Counted from the first letter of the stretch, positions 17,408 to 29,235 are shown. The stretch: DNA of 64,000 bases from a virus (IMGVR_UViG_3300022747_000014); one strand, 5' to 3'. Made by a program: numbers and translations. Notes: generated by a model not told the origin, from the letters alone.

Positions 17408-18630
17408 TGAGTAACTGTAAACCTATTACCAGTTGTTTGGCCTGCGGCAGTCTGGATCTAGTACTGACATTAGACCTACAAGATCAGCCGTTAGCCAACA
17501 GTTTTAAACCTACTAAGGACATTGCCAGCGAAGATTTTTATCCATTGGCAGTTAACCGATGCACACATTGTGATCACTTGCAGCTGACTCATGCAGTTGA
17601 TCCTGCACTTATCTACACTCATTACCTGTATGTCAGTGGTACCAGTGGTACTTACTTAGAGTATATGGATTGGTATGCAAAATTTGTTACAGAACAATTC
17701 TTAATACAGCCCGCTACAGTGTTAGACATTGGGTGCAATGATGGTAGTCAATTGAATGCATTTAAAAAGTTAGGCATCGAGACCTACGGTGTGGATCCTG
17801 CAGAGAACTTGTATCCCAAGTCTAGTGCAAATCACTCAGTGGTATGTGGATTCTGGACCAGAGAAACTGCTGCACAGTTGCCAAAGTTCGATATCATTAC
17901 TACACAGAATGCCTTTGCTCACATTCCTGAACCGCTGACATACTTAAATGTGGCCCGCGAGCATCTTGCTACTGATGGCAAGATTTTTATCAGCACAAGT
18001 CAAGCAGACATGGTTGTCAATGGAGAGTTTGACACAATCTATCACGAACACATCAGCTATTACAATGCAGCAAGTATGCAGGCACTTGCACGCCGAGCTG
18101 GTCTATACCTAGTAGACGTAGTTAAGACTCCTATTCACGGAACTAGCTATATCTTTGTACTGTCTAAGAACCCTGAAAATCAAAATCGCATTGAAAACAT
18201 CCTGGCCATGGAGTCGAATCTTCACAAGACCGACACTTACAGTACATGGGTAACGGATGTAAAACAATTGTTGATTGATCTAAAAATACAATTGGATCAA
18301 GCACGTGAGCAAGGTTACACTATTGTTGGATATGGTGCTGCTGCCAAGGGCATGACATTGATCAATGCCAGTGATATACGCTTGGATTGTGTAATAGATG
18401 ACAATCCGTTAAAGCAGGGGCTATATTGTCCAGGCACAGAGATTCCAGTTGTTGGTATTGAATGGTTAGATCAAGTTACTGATCCGGCTGAACTTATTTT
18501 GTTTGTGCCCTTGGCTTGGAATTTTTACGAAGAAATCAAACGTAAGATCAAATCTAAGCGTGATAACTTGGGTGATGTGTTTGTACGCTACTTTCCTAGA
18601 ATCATGTACGAACGCGGAGATGCCAAATGA
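17407..18630 (+). CDS. NDP-hexose C-methyltransferase (TylC3-like): Zn-ribbon + class I MTase + C-terminal domain
   Basis: N-terminal CLACGS...CTHCDHL zinc-binding domain, then VLDIGCNDGSQ SAM motif, then a long C-terminal domain, as in sugar 3-C-methyltransferases. Confidence 0.65.
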   Translation: MSNCKPITSCLACGSLDLVLTLDLQDQPLANSFKPTKDIASEDFYPLAVNRCTHCDHLQLTHAVDPALIYTHYLYVSGTSGTYLEYMDWYAKFVTEQFLIQPATVLDIGCNDGSQLNAFKKLGIETYGVDPAENLYPKSSANHSVVCGFWTRETAAQLPKFDIITTQNAFAHIPEPLTYLNVAREHLATDGKIFISTSQADMVVNGEFDTIYHEHISYYNAASMQALARRAGLYLVDVVKTPIHGTSYIFVLSKNPENQNRIENILAMESNLHKTDTYSTWVTDVKQLLIDLKIQLDQAREQGYTIVGYGAAAKGMTLINASDIRLDCVIDDNPLKQGLYCPGTEIPVVGIEWLDQVTDPAELILFVPLAWNFYEEIKRKIKSKRDNLGDVFVRYFPRIMYERGDAK

Positions 18631-19496
18631 AGTTAGAAACACCTATTAACATATTAGTCCGTAGACGTGCTGCCATTGGCGATGTTATAATGAGCACAGG
18701 GGTAGTTAGAGGACTTAAAGAGCTCTACGGAGACAACTGTAACATTGACGTTGCAACCGAATGTATTGAGATTTATCGCAACAATCCGCACATTAGACAT
18801 ATTTGCCATACCAACGTCATGCCCGATGTTGGCGCATACGACAAGTATATCAATCTAGATGATGCATACGAATTAAATCCAACTGAATACTATTTGGACA
18901 GCTATGCATACCGTGCATTTGGCCATGTTGATGTGGATATGCGTCCTGAGTTGTTTGAAAACCAAGCTGACCGAGATGCAGTAGATGCAGATTTGCAAAC
19001 CATTGGTGATAAATTTATCACTGTACATATGCGTAATTGGCATTGGGGTGCAAAAAATATCAGCATGGATGTTTGGTTAGAGGTATTTACTAAGTTGTTG
19101 GAAAATCGTGCAGACTTTAAGATTGTTTGTGTTGGTGGCCCAACAGACTTCTACATTGAAGACCATCCGCTGTTTGTTGACCTTCGTGGTCTATACAACA
19201 GTCAACAGTTAAAGTACCTTATGGATCATGCTGCATGTTTTGTTGGCATTGACAGTGGCCCCTTCCATTGTGCAGCAGCAAGCAAAACGCACATAGTAGC
19301 ACTGTTGACACATCTGCACCCTAATCGTATTGTGCCAATGGGTCAGAGCTATATACAAACAAATGAAGATTGCCGCGGATGCAATGATGATCAAGTGCGC
19401 CCTATTAGGCAACTGGTTTGCAAAAAAGGCAATTACCCATGTGTCAGCAACTTTGATACTGATGCTATTACTAGAGAAATATTAAAAACACTATGA
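18627..19496 (+). CDS. glycosyltransferase family 9-like (heptosyltransferase-like)
   Basis: N-terminal ILVRRRAAIGDVIMSTGVVRGLKE and C-terminal GIDSGPFHCAAA resemble the GT9 signatures (LGDVL / GNDSGPMHLAAA). Confidence 0.55.
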   Translation: MKLETPINILVRRRAAIGDVIMSTGVVRGLKELYGDNCNIDVATECIEIYRNNPHIRHICHTNVMPDVGAYDKYINLDDAYELNPTEYYLDSYAYRAFGHVDVDMRPELFENQADRDAVDADLQTIGDKFITVHMRNWHWGAKNISMDVWLEVFTKLLENRADFKIVCVGGPTDFYIEDHPLFVDLRGLYNSQQLKYLMDHAACFVGIDSGPFHCAAASKTHIVALLTHLHPNRIVPMGQSYIQTNEDCRGCNDDQVRPIRQLVCKKGNYPCVSNFDTDAITREILKTL

Positions 19497-20212
19497 GAAA
19501 CTGGTTTGAATTTTTTACCCACATTAAACAAAAAGGCTTTAATCCGCCCACAATAGTTGATGTAGGAGTTGCAACTGATACAGAAGAACTCTACACACAT
19601 TTTCCAAGCGCCAAGTACTTGTTTGTGGAACCATTGGCAGAGTTTGAACCTAGCCTACAAAGATTGTGTCAATTGTATCCGGGCAGCACTTACATGTTAG
19701 CGGCAGCAGGAGCAACAGACGGAGAACTAGAGATTCGAGTAACACCGGACCTTGGCGGCACCAGTAGATTTGAAACTATTGAAAGCACAGAAGGTGCATA
19801 TGATATGAAGCCACGTACCGTTCCTCAGTTTGCACTAGCAACAATGTGGAACGCATTAGAGTTAACGGGCCCTGCCTTACTTAAAGTGGATGTTCAGGGC
19901 GGAGAACTAGAAGTACTTGCCGGCGCAGAAAGTATTTTAGAAAACTTTGAAGTTATTGTACTTGAAGTTGGTATGATTGAGCAGTACATTGGACAGCCTG
20001 TGTTTCACAACTATGTTGAATACATGGCCAAAAGAAACTACGTAGTCTATGATATCATTCACACAGGCTATGCAGACACTGGCCTATTGGCACAGATTGA
20101 TTTGGTCTTTGTTAAAAAGGACGGTCAGTTCAGACAAGATCAACGTGCAATGACAGACTATACAAAGAAGCACGACAACTACAAAGGAATACAACGCAAT
20201 GACAACATATAA
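19493..20212 (+). CDS. FkbM-family methyltransferase-like
   Basis: IVDVGVATDTE... and overall size and shape consistent with the Methyltransf_21 (FkbM) domain. Moderate. Confidence 0.45.
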   Translation: MRNWFEFFTHIKQKGFNPPTIVDVGVATDTEELYTHFPSAKYLFVEPLAEFEPSLQRLCQLYPGSTYMLAAAGATDGELEIRVTPDLGGTSRFETIESTEGAYDMKPRTVPQFALATMWNALELTGPALLKVDVQGGELEVLAGAESILENFEVIVLEVGMIEQYIGQPVFHNYVEYMAKRNYVVYDIIHTGYADTGLLAQIDLVFVKKDGQFRQDQRAMTDYTKKHDNYKGIQRNDNI

Positions 20213-20960
20213 GCACTCTGGTACGCTTGGCGATTTAATTTATGGCCTAAGCATTGTAAAGAAAATGGGTCCAGGTCGCTTTATGGTTGCTATCAACAAT
20301 ATTGAAAACTGTGTAGCACAGTACGGTTATCGTCCAGATGAGGTTGATCCTGCACACAGAGGACGTTTTACTACACAGGACTTTGAATGGCTTGCTCCGT
20401 TACTGGAACGCCAAAGTTACATTACTGATACGTGCACATGGCATCAAGGTGATGCTGAACCCGATGTTGACCTGGATCGCTTTCGTGGCACCTTGTTCCG
20501 TGGGTTTGAGGGCAACTATGTACAGGCATACCATTTGGCATTCGGGCTACCTTTTACCATGCCCGACTATGACGCTACCTGGTTAGAAGCAGATCCAGTA
20601 AAAACTACTCCAATGGTAGTGAGTCGTACATTTAGATATCGTGATCCTGCTGCTGATGCAACGTGGAAGCAGATGGCAGTAGATGGCAAATTAGATGAGC
20701 TAGGTACTTTTGTGGGTACACTGGCCGAACATGAAGATTTTGTGCGAGTAACAGGTGTGCCAATTCGGTTCTTCCCAGTTAAGAACTTTTTAGAGTTGGC
20801 CAACGTTGTTGCTGGTGCAGAACTAGTCCTGGCTAATCAAAACTTTGTTTATAGTTTAGCAATGGGATTAGGTAAGCAGAGTATTTTAGAAACTATTAAG
20901 ATCAAACCCTTACAGAACAATGAGTGTTTCTTTCCGAGAACTAATTGTCAGTATTTCTAA
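20199..20960 (+). CDS. hypothetical protein (last gene of the sugar cluster)
   Basis: 253-aa ORF overlapping the upstream gene by 14 nt. Confidence 0.5.
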   Translation: MTTYKHSGTLGDLIYGLSIVKKMGPGRFMVAINNIENCVAQYGYRPDEVDPAHRGRFTTQDFEWLAPLLERQSYITDTCTWHQGDAEPDVDLDRFRGTLFRGFEGNYVQAYHLAFGLPFTMPDYDATWLEADPVKTTPMVVSRTFRYRDPAADATWKQMAVDGKLDELGTFVGTLAEHEDFVRVTGVPIRFFPVKNFLELANVVAGAELVLANQNFVYSLAMGLGKQSILETIKIKPLQNNECFFPRTNCQYF

Positions 20961-20982
20961 GATACTTTTGGTAGACAGTCAA

Positions 20983-21017
20983 TTGACTTTCCTACTTAAT
21001 AAATGTAAAATTATAAT
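20983..21017 (+). promoter_or_regulatory. sigma70-type promoter for groES-groEL
   Basis: TTGACT (20983-20988), 17 nt, TAAAAT (21006-21011). Also a perfect TATAAT at 21012-21017. Confidence 0.5.
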
Positions 21018-21036
21018 TTAACTAAAGGAGTTTATG

Positions 21037-21324
21037 ATGAAACTTACACCGCTACTTGATAGGGTGGTAGTCCGCCGTGTAGACGCTGATACCGTGACAA
21101 AGGGTGGCATCGTTATCCCAGACACAGCCGCGGAAAAAGCTGACCAAGGTACAGTCCTGGCAGTGGGTCCTGGCAAATATAATGCAGCAGGTGAACTTGT
21201 GGCATTAGGCGTTGCTGAGAACGATCGCGTTTTATTTGGCAAACTATCTGGTCAAACAGTTAAGATTGACGGAGAAGAGCTTTTAATTTTAAAAGAGGAA
21301 GATATCCTCGCTGTAATCAAATAA
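21037..21324 (+). CDS. groES: co-chaperonin GroES
   Basis: 95 aa, [15 protein letters not shown]...GGIVIP. Unmistakable GroES. RBS AAAGGAG 21024-21030. Confidence 0.9.
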   Translation: MKLTPLLDRVVVRRVDADTVTKGGIVIPDTAAEKADQGTVLAVGPGKYNAAGELVALGVAENDRVLFGKLSGQTVKIDGEELLILKEEDILAVIK

Positions 21325-22950
<1,626 letters not shown>

Positions 22951-22966
22951 GATAACACTTACTGAT

Positions 22967-22992
22967 AACCCGCTTCGGCGGGTTTTCTTTTG
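22967..22992 (+). terminator. rho-independent terminator after groEL
   Basis: AACCCGC-TTCG-GCGGGTT followed by TTCTTTT. Confidence 0.75.
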
Positions 22993-23310
22993 ACCAAAAA
23001 ATCAACCTTTGCTACAATGTGTTATGAAAATTGTAAAAGTCCAACGAAGATGGAAGTTGCACGAACACGGATTTGTGGTTGCAATTAGATTTGAAAATCA
23101 TAGCAAAGAAGTTGCCTATTTCGAGCAAAAGCTCAGAGATACCTACGGACCTGAGGCGCTGTATACCCCAGATGGGTATTGGAGATCGCATTGGGGTACT
23201 CCTGTGTATCATACCACTCAGTGGGGACACCGACAGTATTCAAGGCCTTACTTTATTGGTTTTAGAAATGAAGCCGACATATCTGCTGCATTATTGATGA
23301 TGGGGGCACA

Positions 23311-23562
23311 ATGAGAGTTTGGAAAGTAGCGCATACTAAAACAGAAAATAATGTCTATACCAAGTACTTTATCACAGATGCAAACACTGATGCCGAAATA
23401 GACACACGCCCGGTTGTTGCATCATTTCCTATCAGTCAAAAGTTTGATCAGGAAGTGCAAGAGGCTAGGGCCTATGCTTATGCAGAGTACATGAACAAGA
23501 TTGAAGAAGCAGTAAAACAAGCGTATGAAAACAACCAACTTATGGATATACTAAAAGCATGA
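23311..23562 (+). CDS. hypothetical protein
   Basis: 83-aa ORF; ATGA overlap with the downstream gene. Confidence 0.4.
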   Translation: MRVWKVAHTKTENNVYTKYFITDANTDAEIDTRPVVASFPISQKFDQEVQEARAYAYAEYMNKIEEAVKQAYENNQLMDILKA

Positions 23563-23792
23563 AAGATTTTAATTGGTACCTTAAATGGACTGCAACTATA
23601 GCACTAATTATTGGTACAGCCATTAACAGTCTTGGTTACTATCCAGCTGGGCCTATTATTCTTGCTGTAGGCGGACTAATGTGGTTAGTTGTAAGCATAC
23701 GTTGGCGCGAGCCAAGTTTAATAGTTGTTAACAGTGTAATGACAGCAACAGGCCTAGCAGGTCTAGTACTAAAGTACTACAATATTCTTTAA
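23559..23792 (+). CDS. small membrane protein (two predicted TM helices)
   Basis: 77 aa, hydrophobic (IALIIGTAINSLGYY...LAVGGLMWLVVSI). Confidence 0.45.
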   Translation: MKDFNWYLKWTATIALIIGTAINSLGYYPAGPIILAVGGLMWLVVSIRWREPSLIVVNSVMTATGLAGLVLKYYNIL

Positions 23793-24072
23793 GGATACAA
23801 ATGAAAACAATCATTCATGTAAATCAGCATGTGATTAAAAGTAATCGCAAAAACGAAGTTAACGAACCTGTGTTGACTGTTAAAAACTACAAAAGTAATA
23901 CATATGCACACACTGTGGAGATTCTGGGCCCCAGTCGTGTTGTATATTCGCCACAGAAACCCTTGAGCTGCGGCGCACATGTATGGATTGAAACTAATTC
24001 CGAAGTAATTTGTGATCCAAACTAAAACCTGTGCTACAATAACTCTATTGTTTAACAGCACAGGAGTTAGTA

Positions 24073-25098
24073 ATGTCGTTCATCCGTATCCAATCTGGTG
24101 TTTATCGCAACACCGACGTTTCGGGTAAAGTTTTCGAGCTTGTTGAACAATATAAAGAAACCGCTAAAGGTGGATACGTAACCGTGGTCAATGGCGGTGC
24201 CTTTCCAGGCTTTCCAGATCAAATTCGTGTCAAAGTTGACGGTGTCGACTCATACAATTTTGTTAGTAACGAAGGGCACTCCGAAGTGAGTAAAATTACA
24301 AAGGCTACCGCAGATAAAAATATTGAAACAGACGAACAAGTTATTGAACGCATTCGCAGCCGTTTCGAAATCCTTGACGAAATGACCAAGGCAGCAACCA
24401 ATGGTGACATCCGTGCCATGATTGTCAGCGGCCCCCCGGGTGTTGGTAAAAGCTACGGCGTCGAAACCATCATTGACAAGGCCTGTTTGTTTGATCAAAT
24501 TGCAGGCAAACGTCTTCGCGCTGAAGTAGTTAAAGGTGCAGCGACTCCAATTGGCCTGTACCAAACGCTTTACAAGTACAGTGATTCGAACTGTGTTATT
24601 GTGTTTGATGACTGCGACAGCATCCTGCTCGACGATGTGTCCTTGAACTTGCTCAAAGGTGCACTGGACTCAGGTAAGAAACGTAAGATTAGTTGGCTGA
24701 GCGATTCGCATATGTTGCGCCGCGAAGGTATCCCGACACAGTTTGAATTTAATGGCAGCGTGATTTTTATCACCAACATCAAATTTGACAACATGAAGAG
24801 TCAAAAGCTCAAGGACCATCTCGAAGCACTGCAAAGTCGTTGTCACTACTTGGATCTGACCTTGGACACCATGCGTGACAAGATCCTGCGTATCAAACAG
24901 ATTGCCAAAGACGGTGCATTGTTTGCTGACATGGATCTCGAGGAAATTGCACAAGATGAAATCATTGGATTCATGGAAACCAATCAAGCCAAGCTGCGTG
25001 AAATGAGCTTGCGTATGGCTATCAAAGTTGCACAACTACGTAAGAGCTTTCCGGATTCTTGGCAGCGTATGGCAGCAACTACTTGCATGAAGGCCTAA
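24073..25098 (+). CDS. AAA+/P-loop ATPase
   Basis: Walker A GPPGVGKSY, Walker B VIVFDDCD. 341 aa. Confidence 0.6.
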   Translation: MSFIRIQSGVYRNTDVSGKVFELVEQYKETAKGGYVTVVNGGAFPGFPDQIRVKVDGVDSYNFVSNEGHSEVSKITKATADKNIETDEQVIERIRSRFEILDEMTKAATNGDIRAMIVSGPPGVGKSYGVETIIDKACLFDQIAGKRLRAEVVKGAATPIGLYQTLYKYSDSNCVIVFDDCDSILLDDVSLNLLKGALDSGKKRKISWLSDSHMLRREGIPTQFEFNGSVIFITNIKFDNMKSQKLKDHLEALQSRCHYLDLTLDTMRDKILRIKQIAKDGALFADMDLEEIAQDEIIGFMETNQAKLREMSLRMAIKVAQLRKSFPDSWQRMAATTCMKA

Positions 25099-25259
25099 CG
25101 CAAAGATGTGGACCATAAACTTAATATGTGCTGGCATTAATTTTTCTGTGCTGTCACGTTTTAAGAGTTGGTCCACAGGCTGGTACGTAAACGTTGTAGC
25201 ATCATTGGTCAACTTTCTCCTGGCATTGCCACACATAATAAAGATTTTGGAGTTATAAT

Positions 25260-25409
25260 ATGGACAAGTTTGAACAAATTGGTAAGTTGGCAGAGGCAGC
25301 AATGCTGATTCAGCAAGTGTTGAATGCGTGTACTCCAGATATTGCAGAATGCTTGGAGGATATGCCAGATCGTCTTGCAGACATTGGTGATCAAATCGAA
25401 GAAGGTTGA
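25260..25409 (+). CDS. small protein (49 aa); paralog of 25912-26061; not in the ORF track
   Basis: MDKFEQIGKLAEAAMLIQQVLNACTPDIAECLEDMPDRLADIGDQIEEG. GGAG RBS 8 nt upstream. Confidence 0.4.
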   Translation: MDKFEQIGKLAEAAMLIQQVLNACTPDIAECLEDMPDRLADIGDQIEEG

Positions 25410-25411
25410 TT

Positions 25412-25579
25412 ATGGGTAAAATATTACTCGGAGCAGTTGTGATGCTGGCATTTTGTGTGGTTGTAGTTAATACTAGCAAACCAACGCACCAATACAAAGA
25501 ACTCAAAGAAAAATGTGAAGAATTTCTTCCACGAAATGAACATTGTGTTATAGTTGCAGTTCCACAAAGCAAGGATTAA
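25412..25579 (+). CDS. small membrane protein (55 aa); not in the ORF track
   Basis: MGKILLGAVVMLAFCVVVVNTSK..., starting 2 nt after the previous stop. Confidence 0.3.
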   Translation: MGKILLGAVVMLAFCVVVVNTSKPTHQYKELKEKCEEFLPRNEHCVIVAVPQSKD

Positions 25580-25581
25580 AA

Positions 25582-25752
25582 ATGTACTGTCCAAATTGCG
25601 GTAAGCAAAACGTAAAACCCGGTGACCCCAGTCCCAACGGTGGCGAATTGTATGTGGCTGAGGGAATGGAGGGGTGTGATGAGTTCTTTGATGAAGCACA
25701 TCCACATGAATGTCCCGATTGCGGCACACAATTTTATATGGGAGCCAAGTAA
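25582..25752 (+). CDS. zinc-ribbon protein
   Basis: CPNCG...(x32)...CPDCG. Start trimmed to MYCPNCG. Confidence 0.4.
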   Translation: MYCPNCGKQNVKPGDPSPNGGELYVAEGMEGCDEFFDEAHPHECPDCGTQFYMGAK

Positions 25753-25937
25753 TGCGTAATTTAGTCATTGCTCGTTTACAAGAGTGTGCCTACAATGGCA
25801 TCATCTGTGACAGTTACGGCGAAGAGTTTCCTGTTGCAAAACTAGAGCAAATGTCCAATGAAGACTTGCTGGCCTTGTTTGAAGACGTAATTGGATTTAA
25901 CGGGTATCATCATGGACAAGTACGAACAAATCGGTAA
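25752..25937 (+). CDS. hypothetical small protein
   Basis: ATGA-type overlap with the upstream stop. 61 aa. Confidence 0.35.
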   Translation: MRNLVIARLQECAYNGIICDSYGEEFPVAKLEQMSNEDLLALFEDVIGFNGYHHGQVRTNR

Positions 25938-26061
25938 GTTGGCGCAAGCGGCAGCGTTGGTTCAAGAGGTATTGAATGTATGCCCTCCTGAATTCAAAAT
26001 TGCATTTGAGCAAACCGTTGAGTGCATTGCAGACCTAGCAGATCAATTGGAAGAAGAGTAA
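25912..26061 (+). CDS. small protein (49 aa); paralog of 25260-25409; not in the ORF track
   Basis: MDKYEQIGKLAQAAALVQEVLNVCPPEFKIAFEQTVECIADLADQLEEE. Confidence 0.4.
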   Translation: MDKYEQIGKLAQAAALVQEVLNVCPPEFKIAFEQTVECIADLADQLEEE

Positions 26062-26116
26062 CCCCGCAGTGTGCGTAGGGGCAACGTCAATAAGACCCCT
26101 CCGATAAGGAAATAAA

Positions 26117-26560
26117 ATGGATTTGTTTGTACAGTATTACGAAACATGCGTTGACAGTTATCGTGATGGCAAAGAGTACGGCGAGTGGAGAGAATCATAC
26201 GACTTTAATGTTACCGGAGTTAGCTTGACTAGTCAGAAACGCATGGACGAAGAACAACTCGGCTGTTTAGTTCCTGTCAAAGCAGGAGATACTGTCTATG
26301 TATTGTCAATGACATATAGTACTGGTGATAGCTTCGGTCACGCCGAAGGCCGCGGCGAAGTCATATGGGTATTTGTGGATCCTGCTTTAGCTTGGATTGC
26401 CAAATCAATTTGGGAAAAAGAAAACGACAAGCGTAACCCAGAGTTCTCAATTGAATTTGCAGTCGACGGTGATCAAACTGTCAAACAGAGCAACCCGGCC
26501 GCTGGTTATTTTGAAAACATCGGCAGAGTTGATGTAACTTCATTTGTAGTTGAGCCTTAA
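26117..26560 (+). CDS. hypothetical protein
   Basis: 147-aa ORF with RBS AAGGAAATAAAATG. Confidence 0.5.
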   Translation: MDLFVQYYETCVDSYRDGKEYGEWRESYDFNVTGVSLTSQKRMDEEQLGCLVPVKAGDTVYVLSMTYSTGDSFGHAEGRGEVIWVFVDPALAWIAKSIWEKENDKRNPEFSIEFAVDGDQTVKQSNPAAGYFENIGRVDVTSFVVEP

Positions 26561-26774
26561 GGAATTTTATGACAGACCGATTTGAGTTAGAACAACAGAT
26601 ACTAGACTGCTGGAAAGTGACCGATGACATTAAATTGTTATCAAACAAGGATGCTACAGTTGCGGACTTTGCTGCACTAGCAGCAGTTTACGAGTTTAAG
26701 TTTAATCAACTATGGGACACATTTGAAACTATGTGTGCTGAACGTCAGTTTGTGTCGACTACTAAGGATTAACA

Positions 26775-27212
26775 ATGCCTTGCCAGAGTTATGATGATAG
26801 TTGGAACAGCGGCAGCAGCGAACGAAAAATTCGTGAACTGAAAAAGCAAGCTGACATGTTGGCCCGTATTGCTTGCAAAGCAATGAATGAGCTAGAAGCC
26901 AATGGCGTCGAAGACCTTTTGATTCTTAAGGACGACGAAGTTCGGACCTGGTGGAAGAAACACAAAGAAGACGATGCTCGTGAACAAGCACGTATTGCTG
27001 AAGCCGAACGCCGTGAACGTGTTAAGGCCGAAGCACTTGCAAGTCTCAGCGACGAAGCCAAGGAGCTACTGGGGTTAACAAAACCCGGAAAAAAAGCTCG
27101 TAAGTTAGAAGTTGAAATCGACGAAGATGATGGAGAATGCGAAGTTGAAATGGATTGGGACGATCACACCATGCCCAATGGTACCAAAGTAAGAACTTTT
27201 AGGATACGATAA
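26775..27212 (+). CDS. hypothetical protein (charged, coiled-coil)
   Basis: 145-aa ORF. Confidence 0.45.
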   Translation: MPCQSYDDSWNSGSSERKIRELKKQADMLARIACKAMNELEANGVEDLLILKDDEVRTWWKKHKEDDAREQARIAEAERRERVKAEALASLSDEAKELLGLTKPGKKARKLEVEIDEDDGECEVEMDWDDHTMPNGTKVRTFRIR

Positions 27213-27486
27213 TGACACACGATGATGCTAAAACTCACTACGGAATCTATTCTAGCAAAGGCCATCCCCGTGCATTCCAACTTGGGCAGTACTTGTTTAT
27301 GTTCCACTGGGGTGATGCTTGTTGGGACACATTGACTCATAAAAATGAGTGCAATACCGATTTCTTTGCTGTACGTACAGTGCGTAATCTAGATGGACTA
27401 AAAGCATACCAATTGGTATGCTGGCGCTTAATAGTTACCTGGGGCAAAATGGGCTAATGTGTTATAATTCGCCAAAGGAGTAACAC

Positions 27487-27849
27487 ATGGCAGGGTACGA
27501 TTTAGTTCTCAAAGTTAAACGTCTTGAAGAAACAATACACAAGATGGGTATGCGGTGGGGCTACGACAAACATAATGGCCAGTGGGGCGGCGGCGAGTTT
27601 GGCGACCGCGTTGCAGTATATCCCCGCGATGAAGAACTGCCTGTTTACGCCCGTGACGCTATGTTGTTTAGCGGAACCATCGATCAGTTGCAAGTGTGGA
27701 TCACAGGCATCGAATGGGCCCGTGGCTACGACATGATCAACAAAGTCAGTGACGACAAGAAACGTGCCCGCAAGGAACAAGATTGTCGTAATGAAAACTT
27801 GCTGCTTCGTGTCAAAGGTGAAGAAGTTGTTGGGAAAGGTCACGTATGA
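27487..27849 (+). CDS. hypothetical protein
   Basis: 120 aa, RBS AAAGGAG upstream. Confidence 0.5.
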   Translation: MAGYDLVLKVKRLEETIHKMGMRWGYDKHNGQWGGGEFGDRVAVYPRDEELPVYARDAMLFSGTIDQLQVWITGIEWARGYDMINKVSDDKKRARKEQDCRNENLLLRVKGEEVVGKGHV

Positions 27850-28247
27850 GCTACAATATGTATGTTGAACGTCTAGATGGTACCGTTGTTGATCACCCAG
27901 CCGAGGTCAAGTACCCCTCACACCTAAACGATTATGCTAAATCGTTGTGCATTGCACACGCAGATCCGCAAGTTTACATCACAGTGTGGAAGCATGACAA
28001 AGGCGAAGTACGTAAAAAGTACTACAGCGAAGCCTGTTGGGAATTGGAAACGTTTGCCCTCGAAATGTTTGAACAGATGTGCAAAGAGCATGACTGGTAC
28101 TACGATTACAGTGATGATCATACTGTGTGGGTGCGTGGGCGAGCAGCAGAAGCAAAATTACTTTCCAAGTATAATTGGATGAAGAAACGCTATCCAGCTG
28201 CCGCAGAGGCAATCTGGGATATACATTGTCCTAAAAATTTTAAATAA
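27846..28247 (+). CDS. hypothetical protein
   Basis: 133 aa; ATGA overlap with the upstream gene. Confidence 0.5.
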   Translation: MSYNMYVERLDGTVVDHPAEVKYPSHLNDYAKSLCIAHADPQVYITVWKHDKGEVRKKYYSEACWELETFALEMFEQMCKEHDWYYDYSDDHTVWVRGRAAEAKLLSKYNWMKKRYPAAAEAIWDIHCPKNFK

Positions 28248-28248
28248 A

Positions 28249-28986
28249 ATGAATCACTTACAAGGTATAAAAGATCGTATCCTGGCACATTACGGTGAGC
28301 CAACAGATCTTGACGACTTGGCTCGTTGTTGCATTGCCATGTGTGAAACTCACGACAATGTAAAGCAACCGCGTGATCGTCGACGCAAGCGTTTGCCACC
28401 TGAGTATCTCAAGGTAGTTGGATTTGCTTGGGATGTGAAATTTAGTGAGATGGTCAGCAACAGTCACAGCCACCCGATTAACGGGATGGGCAACTGGGGT
28501 GGGTACAATACAGAACGGGGAGCGCCTAACGGCTACCCTGGCTTTACTGGTCGCGTGTGGATGCGTTGGGCAACCGAGTGCAATGACTTTGTTAGTCGCC
28601 CAATGGGTCGTACACTAACCTACACTGGCACGGGCGGAGGTGGCTCATATTATGGCCCATGGGAAAACGTCTGTAGTACCCGTTGGCATCGTTACGGGAA
28701 TCATCGTCAAGAAGAAGGACAGTATCCAATGATACATTGCGCTTCTTTTGATTATCGCTTTTATATAAGCGATTGGCCACTGATTGAGGCCGAAATTGAC
28801 CAACGCCGACTAGAAGTTGAAAAACAAAAGATGTGGGCAAAACTTGGTAATACGTGGGTTCCGGACTTTTCAATGAGTCACAAATTCCATTGGGAAGATC
28901 CTGTAGTTAAAGCTGCTGACGATGCATTTATTGCAGAGTGGGACGACATTAAAAAAGCGGAGTTGATGCGACATGAAACTGTTTAA
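28249..28986 (+). CDS. hypothetical protein
   Basis: 245-aa ORF. Confidence 0.55.
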   Translation: MNHLQGIKDRILAHYGEPTDLDDLARCCIAMCETHDNVKQPRDRRRKRLPPEYLKVVGFAWDVKFSEMVSNSHSHPINGMGNWGGYNTERGAPNGYPGFTGRVWMRWATECNDFVSRPMGRTLTYTGTGGGGSYYGPWENVCSTRWHRYGNHRQEEGQYPMIHCASFDYRFYISDWPLIEAEIDQRRLEVEKQKMWAKLGNTWVPDFSMSHKFHWEDPVVKAADDAFIAEWDDIKKAELMRHETV

Positions 28987-29235
28987 GCGTATATGGATGG
29001 GTGCAGGATACCTAGAAGGTTATGGGCATCATCCTGGGTGGGGCATGCTGGGCATCTATGTGCTAGTTAGCGGCTTGGCAGGAATAAACAAGGGCGGACT
29101 CAACGGCTTTATTTTTGGATCCTTGTTTTCACTGTGTTTCTTTGGCCCAATATTTCTTTGGGGATGCTGGAGTAGAGCAAAGGACTATGAACAAGATATG
29201 GAAACAACTTTTGACACATTACAGAAAGAATACAA

